Shown: piece after piece, positions 1-8,024 of the stretch
How the letters are laid out: each line of letters begins with the position of its first letter
How positions within the stretch are numbered: position 1 is the stretch's first letter
NCBI GenBank assembly: GCA_018651925.1
Contig: JABIDC010000011.1
Span: 9,064-73,063 of the forward strand
Reading direction: 5' to 3'
DNA: 64,000 nt
Origin: an archaeon
GTDB lineage: Archaea; Nanobdellota; Nanobdellia; Pacearchaeales; GW2011-AR1
Made by a program: the position numbers and the translations under genes
The notes under the pieces: generated by a model
Databases searched by the model: none
Told to the model about the DNA's origin: nothing
What the model saw: the letters and a program-made list of their open reading frames with translations, nothing else

Positions 1-285
1 CAAAACAATTTGTGAGACTCCAATAAGAAATGCAGAAAGACCAACTTCTCTAATTACTTTTGGATTCATATGCAATCCTACAATAAACAAAAGCAAAGCA
101 ATCCCGAACTCAGAAAAGAGATTAATCACCTCTGTAGAAGCTCCAGTACTTAAAATAAAGGGACTAATAATTACCCCTGCTAAAATATAACCAATAATAA
201 TCGGCTGTTTAAAGGATCTCGCGATAAACGAAACCACAAATGCTGTAAATAAAATTAATGCTAGTTGAATGAATATTTCTTCCAT
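1..285 (-). CDS. Cation:proton antiporter (Kef/NapA-type, CPA2-like), N-terminal fragment running off the left edge
   Basis: Not in the ORF track because there is no stop inside the window. Manual reverse translation from the ATG at 285..283 gives MEEIFIQLALILFTAFVVSFIARSFKQPIIIGYILAGVIISPFILSTGASTEVINLFSEFGIALLLFIVGLHMNPK... It shows consecutive hydrophobic helices and the QP.I.GY.LAG / LLF.VGL pattern typical of Na+/H+-exchanger family N-termini. Confidence 0.6.
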   Translation of the reverse strand, partial: MEEIFIQLALILFTAFVVSFIARSFKQPIIIGYILAGVIISPFILSTGASTEVINLFSEFGIALLLFIVGLHMNPKVIREVGLSAFLIGVSQIVL

Positions 286-434
286 TTTAGTAAAATTCCC
301 TCCTTACTAAATTGGTTGAAAATAAATTTATTTTACTTTTAGTAAATTTGTTTTCTTCCATCTTGTCCCCTTTTAACTATAATAGAAAAATCTCCTATAA
401 AAAGGTTTTTAAACTATTTTTCAGACATTTAAAC

Positions 435-743
435 ATGCCAAAGATAAGAATCAAACTAAATAGTGCAGATATCGAAATGCTTAACGCTGTTTGTGATGCA
501 ATTAAAGGATTTGCAAAATCAGCAGGAGTTACAATCTCCGGACCTGTTCCATTACCAACTAAAAAATTAAAAGTTACAACTAGAAAATCTCCTTGTGGAG
601 ATGGGACAGCAACTTTTGATAGATTTGAGATGAGAATTCATAAAAGATTAATTGAATTCCCAACAAACGAAAAAATTCTACACAGCATTATGAAAATGCG
701 AATTCCAAAGAATGTTAATATTAAGATTGAAATGAAAGACTAA
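435..743 (+). CDS. rps10: 30S ribosomal protein S10 (uS10)
   Basis: MPKIRIKLNS...ISGPVPLPTKKLKVTTRKSPCGDGTATFDRFEMRIHKRLIE matches the uS10 signature. The track ORF starts at an upstream TTG (312). The ATG at 435 gives the canonical protein of about 102 aa. Confidence 0.92.
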   Translation: MPKIRIKLNSADIEMLNAVCDAIKGFAKSAGVTISGPVPLPTKKLKVTTRKSPCGDGTATFDRFEMRIHKRLIEFPTNEKILHSIMKMRIPKNVNIKIEMKD

Positions 744-1879
744 TTAAAAATTTCCTTAACAACATTTGTTGCATAACTTCCTTTATCTAAACCAAATGAA
801 AGAATCATCTTTGTCTTACCAAGATTTAACTCATCTTTGTCTTCAGACAAAATCTTGAAAGAATTAATTTGAATTCGAGTTTGCCGGATAATTTCTTTTG
901 GCCGAATAGTGGGACTTTTTAACATCTTAAATGATTCTAAATTAATTCCATCCTGGCTCATTAATTGTTGGACATATTTACCCCAATCCCCAGCAAGCTT
1001 AGTTCTAAAAGAAACCAAAGGCAATTCAGAGTATTCCTTAAACTTCCCAATAGAAATTAAATATTTTATTGTCTCATTAAATAAGTAAGATTGATATGAA
1101 TTAACATACATTGTTCTAATTTTTTTATGCAATAAATTAATCGCTCCAAGAAAATTATTTTCATATTTTCTCACATAATTAATCATATTAATTTCTTCCT
1201 TTAACCAAAAAGGAATTTTATCTAAAACTTCTTTCCACCGATTCTCATAAACAATCTTTTCCCAATTTTCTTCAATATAATCTACAAATTCCCGATGTTC
1301 TTTCTTTTGATTTTCTTCAGGAATTGCAGTAAGAATATGAAAAAAAGCTTTCTTAAAATCTCCCCTAATCAGATATTTTCCAATAACCGGATTTTTATCT
1401 CCAAATCCAAATCTTTGAGAATCAAAATAATTCGGAATTCCTTCATCTGAAATTTCTTTTATTCTTTTCTTTGCATTAACTATCTCTTTCTCTTCTAAAT
1501 CCCGAATAACAATCCTAAATTCATTTCCGATATTATCTCCCAGGTTTAATCTCGCTGGAAATTTCCCAATTTTTTCTAAATTCAATCCATTATAATTAGG
1601 ATTAAACTTTTCCACATTTTCCTCGATATTGGCAGCATTAATAATTGAAATCAACTGCGTTGTAACTCCTTGCCGATCCTTCATTCCAGCAAAATGAACA
1701 TTCTTCTGAGAAATAAGAAAAATTTTTGAAATATTTTCCATCGCCCGATTTAAAGTATAATTTTTCTTTTTTAAAATAAAATAATAAACCTCTTCTCCAA
1801 TAGATTGTTTTTTCCTTAATTTGTCTAAATCATAAATCTCTTTCACCACAAAGTCTTCGGGAATTTGTTTTAATTTCAT
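740..1879 (-). CDS. truD: tRNA pseudouridine synthase TruD/Pus7 family
   Basis: The N-terminus MKLKQIPEDFVVKEI matches the TruD PEDF.V.E motif. The catalytic box AGMKDRQGVTTQ matches G.KD..A.T.Q. The internal ATG at 1879 is preferred over the track start at 1954. Confidence 0.85.
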   Translation of the reverse strand: MKLKQIPEDFVVKEIYDLDKLRKKQSIGEEVYYFILKKKNYTLNRAMENISKIFLISQKNVHFAGMKDRQGVTTQLISIINAANIEENVEKFNPNYNGLNLEKIGKFPARLNLGDNIGNEFRIVIRDLEEKEIVNAKKRIKEISDEGIPNYFDSQRFGFGDKNPVIGKYLIRGDFKKAFFHILTAIPEENQKKEHREFVDYIEENWEKIVYENRWKEVLDKIPFWLKEEINMINYVRKYENNFLGAINLLHKKIRTMYVNSYQSYLFNETIKYLISIGKFKEYSELPLVSFRTKLAGDWGKYVQQLMSQDGINLESFKMLKSPTIRPKEIIRQTRIQINSFKILSEDKDELNLGKTKMILSFGLDKGSYATNVVKEIFN

Positions 1880-1954
1880 AATAAAAACATAGAATAAGAT
1901 TTTATAAATAATTCTCTCCAAAACTCTTAAAAATAAACAAACCTTTGCTTCCAC

Positions 1955-2524
1955 ATGAAAGCACCAAAATTCCTAATTTTTGCTTTAATTGCAATTTTTA
2001 TAATTGCATTAATTTTTATTTTTCCAAGCAAAACTTCTAACACAGTAAAAATTGAAACCACAAAAGGAAATATTACATTTGAATTAAATGAAAATAAGGC
2101 GCCTATAACCGTAGAAAATTTTAAACAATATGTGGAAGAAGGATTTTATGATGGAACAATCTTTCACAGAGTGATTCCAGGATTCATGGTTCAAGGAGGA
2201 GGATTTATTTCAGATGGGACTCAAAAACAAACAAGAAATCCAATAGAATTAGAATCAAAAAATGGTTTATCAAATGAAGTTGGAACTATCGCGATGGCCA
2301 GAACTCAAATTCCAGATAGCGCAACATCTCAATTTTTCATAAATGTTGCTGACAATAATTTTTTAGATTACAAACTAGGAAATGCTGGCTATGCTGTTTT
2401 CGGAAAAGTAACTGAAGGAATGGATGTAGTAAAAGAAATTGAATCTGCAACAACCATTACTAAAAACGAAATGGAAAACTGGCCAGTTGAAGAAATCAAA
2501 ATAATTAGAATAACATTAATTTAA
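1955..2524 (+). CDS. Cyclophilin-type peptidyl-prolyl isomerase with an N-terminal membrane anchor or signal (exported)
   Basis: Carries FHRVIPGFMVQGGGF, MARTQIPDSATSQFFINV and YAVFGKVTEGMDVV cyclophilin motifs. The N-terminal hydrophobic helix is KFLIFALIAIFIIALIFIF. Confidence 0.9.
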   Translation: MKAPKFLIFALIAIFIIALIFIFPSKTSNTVKIETTKGNITFELNENKAPITVENFKQYVEEGFYDGTIFHRVIPGFMVQGGGFISDGTQKQTRNPIELESKNGLSNEVGTIAMARTQIPDSATSQFFINVADNNFLDYKLGNAGYAVFGKVTEGMDVVKEIESATTITKNEMENWPVEEIKIIRITLI

Positions 2525-2558
2525 TAAAACTTATAAATTAAAAAAATTTAAACTTAAT

Positions 2559-3020
2559 ATGACAAAAGTAAAATTAAAAACAACGTTAGGAGATATTGTA
2601 ATTAATTTATATGAAGACATGCCAATTACTACTGCAAATTTTGTAAACCTAATAAAAAAAGGAACTTACAATAATGTAATCTTCCACAGAATTATTGATG
2701 GCTTTATGATTCAAGGAGGAGATCCAACTGGAACAGGTTTTGGAGATCCAAAAATCCCAAATATTGAAGACGAATTCACACATGAAGGTGGAAACAAAAA
2801 CAACAGGGGAACAATTGCAATGGCAAATGCAGGTCCAAACACAGGATCTTCACAATTCTTCATAAATTTAGCAGATAACAACTATCTTGACTCAGGACAT
2901 CCAGCATTTGGCCTTGTTATTGAAGGAATGGATGTTGTAGATAAGATGGCAAAAGTAGATGTTGACCAAATGGACAAGCCCCTGAAAGAAGTGAAAATTA
3001 TTTCTGCAAGTTTATTGTAA
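2559..3020 (+). CDS. Cyclophilin-type peptidyl-prolyl isomerase (cytosolic)
   Basis: Carries FHRIIDGFMIQGGDPTGTG, GTIAMANAGPNTGSSQFFINL and PAFGLVIEGMDVV. There is no N-terminal hydrophobic segment. Confidence 0.92.
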   Translation: MTKVKLKTTLGDIVINLYEDMPITTANFVNLIKKGTYNNVIFHRIIDGFMIQGGDPTGTGFGDPKIPNIEDEFTHEGGNKNNRGTIAMANAGPNTGSSQFFINLADNNYLDSGHPAFGLVIEGMDVVDKMAKVDVDQMDKPLKEVKIISASLL

Positions 3021-3074
3021 ATATTGTTCTAAAATCCCCATAAACTTTATATATAAAACTTAATTCTAAAAATC

Positions 3075-3368
3075 ATGGAAAAAGACATTGGAAAAATTAA
3101 GAAAAACGACACAACAGACGTTCTATTAAGAATTGATGACTTTGGCGGAAGACGAGGATTCACAATCCGAGAATTTGTAACCTCAGATAGATATACTGGA
3201 TTTACAAAGGCAGGAGTGAGAATTCTAGCTGCAGACTTTCCAAAGCTTAAAGAAATGATTAATTCTATTTCTGACGAAGACATGAAAGATGAAGAAGCAG
3301 TTCCAGAACCACCAAAAGAACAGAAAACCTTAGGTGAACCCTCAAATGGTGAATTACCAGATTATTAA
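3075..3368 (+). CDS. PC4/p15-like single-stranded DNA-binding protein (tentative)
   Basis: VLLRIDDFGGRRGFTIREFVTSDRYTGFTKAGVRILAADFPKLKEMI follows the PC4-like pattern (V.I..F.G....DIRE-F......G.TKKGI.L....W..L). The C-terminal tail is acidic. The antisense ORF 3047..3283 is judged to be a shadow. Confidence 0.5.
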   Translation: MEKDIGKIKKNDTTDVLLRIDDFGGRRGFTIREFVTSDRYTGFTKAGVRILAADFPKLKEMINSISDEDMKDEEAVPEPPKEQKTLGEPSNGELPDY

Positions 3369-3412
3369 TTTTTAAGAAAAAGATTTTTAAAATAAAACTT
3401 CTTTAGCACATT

Positions 3413-3745
3413 ATGAAAAAAGATAAAGTGATAACAATTCTTACAATTTTAGTTATTTTAGCTATAGCATTTCTTGCATTAAATAAACCAAAAGTCAATA
3501 CTCCCGAAGGAATTATTCAGTGTATTGGAAAAGAATCAAAATTATATGTTCAAGATGGATGCCCTCATTGTAGAAATCAGGAAAATCTTTTTGGAGAAAA
3601 CTTAGATGATTTAAATCTTATTTCATGTAGTGATGATTGGACAAAATGTCAAAATATCAAGGCAACTCCTTCTTGGGAAATAAATAATGAAGTAATAATT
3701 GGAATACAATCAATAGAAAAACTTCAAGAATTAACTGGATGTTAA
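3413..3745 (+). CDS. Membrane-anchored thioredoxin-fold thiol:disulfide oxidoreductase with a CPHC active site (resembles the VKOR-associated Trx-like domain)
   Basis: It has an N-terminal TM helix. After that, LYVQDGCPHCRNQENLFGENLDDLNLISCSDDWTKCQNIKATPSWEINNEVIIGIQSIEKLQELTG parallels the W-CPHC..QK.LFG....Y.EC.....C....I...PTW.ING....G..SLE.L pattern. Confidence 0.7.
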   Translation: MKKDKVITILTILVILAIAFLALNKPKVNTPEGIIQCIGKESKLYVQDGCPHCRNQENLFGENLDDLNLISCSDDWTKCQNIKATPSWEINNEVIIGIQSIEKLQELTGC

Positions 3746-3746
3746 A

Positions 3747-4451
3747 ATGCAAGAAACATTAGACCTCGGAAGAATAGTTGTATTGGCCTTAGCAGACTCG
3801 GTAAACCCCTGTGCAATTGCAATTTTGACAATGGTTCTTTTAACCGTTCTAACAAGCGATCCCACAAAAAAGAAAAAAGTTTTACTTTCCGGATTAGCAT
3901 TTATTTCATCGATAATGATAGGATATTTATTCTACGGGATTGTAATTGTTCAACTCTTCAAAACAATCGGAGAATTCATTTCTCATTATTCAATTTATCT
4001 CTATAATGGGCTAGCAATTTTTGCAATGCTAATGGGGGGATTACAAATTAAAGATTTCTTCCTTTACAAAAAAGGAAGTTTTGGAACAGAGATGCCCCTT
4101 TGGATGAGGCCAAAAGCAAAAAAAGTAATAAATAATATCACTTCTCCAAGAGGAGCATTCATAATTGGATTTTTAGTAACAGTCTTTTTACTTCCCTGCA
4201 CAATTGGACCATATATCATTGCTTCTGCACTTCTCTCTCCATTAGGAATTCTGCAATCAATTCCTTGGTTAATTCTTTATAATTTTATTTTTGTTATTCC
4301 AATGTTTATTATTGTCCTGATTGTTTATTACGGGATAAAAAAAGTAGACGAAGTTTCTGGATGGAAAGAAAAAAATATTAAAATCCTCCATCTAATCGCG
4401 GGAATTCTTCTCTTCCTTGTAGGATTTAGTCTACTTATAGGATTTATTTAA
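3747..4451 (+). CDS. CcdA/DsbD-family transmembrane thiol-disulfide electron transporter
   Basis: A polytopic membrane protein with the two hallmark Pro-Cys helices (ADSVNPCAIAILT and FLLPCTIGPY). Its start lies 1 nt after the stop of the CPHC protein. Confidence 0.75.
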   Translation: MQETLDLGRIVVLALADSVNPCAIAILTMVLLTVLTSDPTKKKKVLLSGLAFISSIMIGYLFYGIVIVQLFKTIGEFISHYSIYLYNGLAIFAMLMGGLQIKDFFLYKKGSFGTEMPLWMRPKAKKVINNITSPRGAFIIGFLVTVFLLPCTIGPYIIASALLSPLGILQSIPWLILYNFIFVIPMFIIVLIVYYGIKKVDEVSGWKEKNIKILHLIAGILLFLVGFSLLIGFI

Positions 4452-4511
4452 TTAACAATAAATCAGAATAATAACAAAATAGATAAAGTAGAAACTCTTC
4501 ATTTAATCAGC

Positions 4512-6383
4512 ATGAGTGATATCATTTCTAATTATGGTCCGGCAGAATTTGCTATAAAGCTAAATAAAATAAAACATTACATCGCAAAATTTAAAGATCC
4601 TTCAAAATTTATAAATAAAATTCTTGAATCACTCAATCATCCATTTTATATAATTGATGTAAAAACTTATGAAATAAAATACCATACCTCTGCAACACAA
4701 TTTAAAGAGAATGATAATCCGATTTTTTGCTATGAAACAAATATGGGATTGGAGAGGCCTTGTCAAGAATGTAATAAAAAGGTTATTTGTATATTAAAAA
4801 AAGTTATTGATACTAAAAAACCAATAAAATTACACAAATTTATGAATTTCCAAGGGAAGAAAAATACTTATGTAGAAATCAATGCCACTCCAATATTTAA
4901 TAAAAACGGAGAAATAGCAGAAATAATTAGATATGATCTTAGCATGGATGAATTAAAAAAGAAGAATCAAGAACTAAAAAAAACAAAAAACCAATTAAAC
5001 CTTTTAATGGATTCCCAAAATATCGGAATTTCTCAACTAGATGAAAAGGGAAATTTTAAATTTGCAAATAAAGTTTTTTGTAAAATGATTGGAGTTCCAA
5101 AATCAAAATTAAAAGACCTAAATTTATTAAGAGATTTGGAAGAAGAAGTAAAAAAGAAGTTTAAATTAAAAAAAGAATTTTCTTTTGATTATTCAACTAA
5201 TAAAAGAATTCTTTCTTCAAATTTGGTTCCAAGTCTACAAGAAAAAGAATTCAAAGGATATTTTGGAACAACAACAGATACAACAGAATTGAGCGAAGTC
5301 AAAAAAGAAATAAAAAAATATCAAGAAAAAGCAAATAATTCTCTTTTTGATAAAAAAGTTAAAGAAAGAAAAATATTAAATGCGAAAGAAAAATTATGTC
5401 TTTATGGAATTTGCAAGTATCCGTTGGCATCCGACCAAAAACTTGCATCTAAATTAAACCTAAATCGCTCAACAGTAACTGCGATAAAAAATAGGTTAAA
5501 GGAAGATAATTGGTTTAATTTAGTTTATTGTCCAAATTTTTCTGCCGTTGGGGGAGAAGTAATTACACTATTAATTAATAAATGGAATCTTTCAAAAGAC
5601 AAGCAAAGATCTTCAAAAATAATAAAAGAAATACGCGAATCAGATGAATTAGTTTTTAATCAAGATAATGAATCTCAATCCCTTTCTTTTTTTGTTTCTA
5701 AAAATTATGCAACAATACAAAGAAATTTGAATAAATTTTATCACAAAGATCTAATAAACAATGAGGAAGTTAAGAGGCTGACATTCCTATTAGAATTAGA
5801 TTCATTATATGTGGGCTGTTATTCATCTTTAATCAACCATCACTTTAAATTAAATCTTGAACATACTCCATTGAAAAAAATTGAAAAGATTGAAAAAAAC
5901 TATTTAAAAAATTCAATTAATAAAAAAATCTTTTATTCAATTGCAAAATTCCCAGAATGCTCAATTGAAGAACTTTCAAAAAAAAATTTCATTTCAAAAC
6001 CCACAATTTCTAAAATAAAAAAACAATTAATTGAAAATAATCTTTTAATTCCAAAAACAATGATTAATCTAAAGAAATTAGGCATAAATTCATTACAAAT
6101 AGTAACCTTCGAATTTGAACAAAATATTTCTCAAAGACAAAAAGAAAAAGAAAGAAAAAAATTTGAACCCCAAACAATATTGAAAGTTAAAGGGAAAAAC
6201 AAAGTTACTAGAATGATGTTTTTTGAAGAAAAAGAAGGAACAAAAGCAATAAATGAATTAAGAGAATTCTATAAAAAAGAATTTAATCCCTTTGAAATTA
6301 TTGTAACAAAACATCCCCTTCAACAAAAAACTAACTTCTTTAAAATAGACTTTGCAACACTTTTAGAACAATTAATTTTTTAA
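4512..6383 (+). CDS. PAS-like sensor domain protein with two winged-helix (MarR/TrmB-like) modules; putative transcription regulator
   Basis: Two PAS-like segments are present (HPFYIIDVKTYEIKY...INATPIFNKNGEIAEIIRYD and NIGISQLDEKGNFKFANKVFCKMIG). Two HTH-like segments are present (SDQKLASKLNLNRSTVTAIKNRLKEDNW and SIEELSKKNFISKPTISKIKKQLIENNLL). Confidence 0.5.
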   Translation: MSDIISNYGPAEFAIKLNKIKHYIAKFKDPSKFINKILESLNHPFYIIDVKTYEIKYHTSATQFKENDNPIFCYETNMGLERPCQECNKKVICILKKVIDTKKPIKLHKFMNFQGKKNTYVEINATPIFNKNGEIAEIIRYDLSMDELKKKNQELKKTKNQLNLLMDSQNIGISQLDEKGNFKFANKVFCKMIGVPKSKLKDLNLLRDLEEEVKKKFKLKKEFSFDYSTNKRILSSNLVPSLQEKEFKGYFGTTTDTTELSEVKKEIKKYQEKANNSLFDKKVKERKILNAKEKLCLYGICKYPLASDQKLASKLNLNRSTVTAIKNRLKEDNWFNLVYCPNFSAVGGEVITLLINKWNLSKDKQRSSKIIKEIRESDELVFNQDNESQSLSFFVSKNYATIQRNLNKFYHKDLINNEEVKRLTFLLELDSLYVGCYSSLINHHFKLNLEHTPLKKIEKIEKNYLKNSINKKIFYSIAKFPECSIEELSKKNFISKPTISKIKKQLIENNLLIPKTMINLKKLGINSLQIVTFEFEQNISQRQKEKERKKFEPQTILKVKGKNKVTRMMFFEEKEGTKAINELREFYKKEFNPFEIIVTKHPLQQKTNFFKIDFATLLEQLIF

Positions 6384-7051
6384 TTATTCTTTGGATTTTC
6401 AACATCTCTTTCTTTAAATTTCCTAAAAATCAAAAGAATCAAATATAAAATAATCAAAGAAGAAAGAATGATTAGAATTTGCCGAGAAATTGATTTTTCA
6501 TCTTTTATCTCAAATTCATTTACAAAGAGATCTGTAACATCTTCTCCATAAATAGACTTAAAAACAAATTTATATCTTCCTTTTTCCAAGCTTAAATCCT
6601 CAAATTTCTCGATTACAAATAATTCAGTTTCGACCTCAATCAACTTTTGTCTTTCAAAAACAAGTTCTCCATCTAAATTAAAAATACTATAGGTCATATT
6701 AACCGAAGATTTTTCTATTCCAAAGTTTTCAAACCTTACCCAGGCAGTTAAATCACTGGAATCATAAATTATCTCTTCTGCCAACTCCAGTTTAATATCA
6801 AAGAGTTGGGAAACTTCACTTTCACAACCTCTTGATTCAATAGGGGGCTTATAACTATCCAGACAATCTCCCGCATTAGTACATACTCTTGTTTGAATTC
6901 CATTATCCGGGCACAATTCCGGAGACCATTCTGTACAAAACCATCGATAATTACAAGTCTCTGCACTATCAATAGAACCAGTTATTTCAGAACTAACTAT
7001 TCCAATAAAAAACAAAACAAGACATAAAGAAAACAATTTTACATTTTTCAT
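6380..7051 (-). CDS. Exported Cys-rich / Ig-like protein with a C-terminal TM anchor
   Basis: Signal-like N-terminus followed by EITGS. It has a C..W.C..WS..C Cys-rich module (CNYRWFCTEWSPELCPDNGIQTRVCTNAGDC) and a C-terminal TM helix followed by RKFKERD. Confidence 0.55.
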   Translation of the reverse strand: MKNVKLFSLCLVLFFIGIVSSEITGSIDSAETCNYRWFCTEWSPELCPDNGIQTRVCTNAGDCLDSYKPPIESRGCESEVSQLFDIKLELAEEIIYDSSDLTAWVRFENFGIEKSSVNMTYSIFNLDGELVFERQKLIEVETELFVIEKFEDLSLEKGRYKFVFKSIYGEDVTDLFVNEFEIKDEKSISRQILIILSSLIILYLILLIFRKFKERDVENPKNN

Positions 7052-7105
7052 TAATAAAAAGATTCAAATAAACCCTATATACTCTAAGGCGAATATGTTT
7101 GGAAA

Positions 7106-7768
7106 TTAAATCGTGGAAGGATTTCTAAAGAACAATTCTGAATGATCTGAATTAAACACCTTGCTTTCAATCTTTTGTAAATGAACACACAAAGTAGAAG
7201 GAGAAATACCAATTTTCTCAGAAAGACCATTTAAACTAATCTTCTTCGGAAATTGGTAATAACCATATTTCAAACAAGGTTCTAAAATATCTTTTTGCTT
7301 GGGAGTCAAAAAACCACTAAAATCAAAATCAACATTAATAATGGACAAATTAACAATTTCTATTTTTTTCTTTTCGATTTCTTCAAGTAAATCATTTACA
7401 AATTTACGTTTAATAATAATCTTAGTTTTTTTAAATTCAGGGTGAAAACTAACTGGCCACCGAAATTTACATTTTTTACCACAAATGCTTTTTGCTAAAA
7501 AAGAATTATTCTCCTCATAAAAATAAATTCCCGAATTTGGATGAAAATTATCTAAATAAACATTTGAATAATTGTCCAAAAATTTCTGAATCTTAGAAAT
7601 ATTTCCTCCATCAATTTTTAATAATCCTTGAAAAGTTTTATTTGAACTTATGTTTCCATCATGAATTGTAAAACTAGCCTTCGGAAACTCTTTTGAAAGA
7701 TCATTTTCCCAAAAAGAGGGAACTTTCAATGTTAAAGTCAATAAAACCAATTGTTCATAATCATCCAT
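7106..7768 (-). CDS. HTH_10 (bacterio-opsin-activator-type) transcription regulator
   Basis: The C-terminal LTPKQKDILEPCLKYGYYQFPKKISLNGLSEKIGISPSTLCVHLQKIESKV matches the LT..Q.e.L..A...GYy..PR.....elA..lgis.st...HLR.ae.K signature. Confidence 0.65.
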   Translation of the reverse strand: MDDYEQLVLLTLTLKVPSFWENDLSKEFPKASFTIHDGNISSNKTFQGLLKIDGGNISKIQKFLDNYSNVYLDNFHPNSGIYFYEENNSFLAKSICGKKCKFRWPVSFHPEFKKTKIIIKRKFVNDLLEEIEKKKIEIVNLSIINVDFDFSGFLTPKQKDILEPCLKYGYYQFPKKISLNGLSEKIGISPSTLCVHLQKIESKVFNSDHSELFFRNPSTI

Positions 7769-8024
7769 TAAAAAAAGTGTTTTCCAATTTTAATAAAATT
7801 TTTTTATTGCTAATATTTATCAAAAAAAAATCTCCACCCGGGAAAGGTTTTATTTTTTGATAAAAATTTTAAATAATCAATTTATCAATTTATCAAAAAA
7901 TAAAATTAAAAAAATAAATCTCAATTAAAAAATTAAAAAATTAGGGTAATCTATTCGTATTAATCAATATAACAATTTTTTAAAACGAATAGGTGAGTAT
8001 CTTATGAAATGACGACGATAAAAT

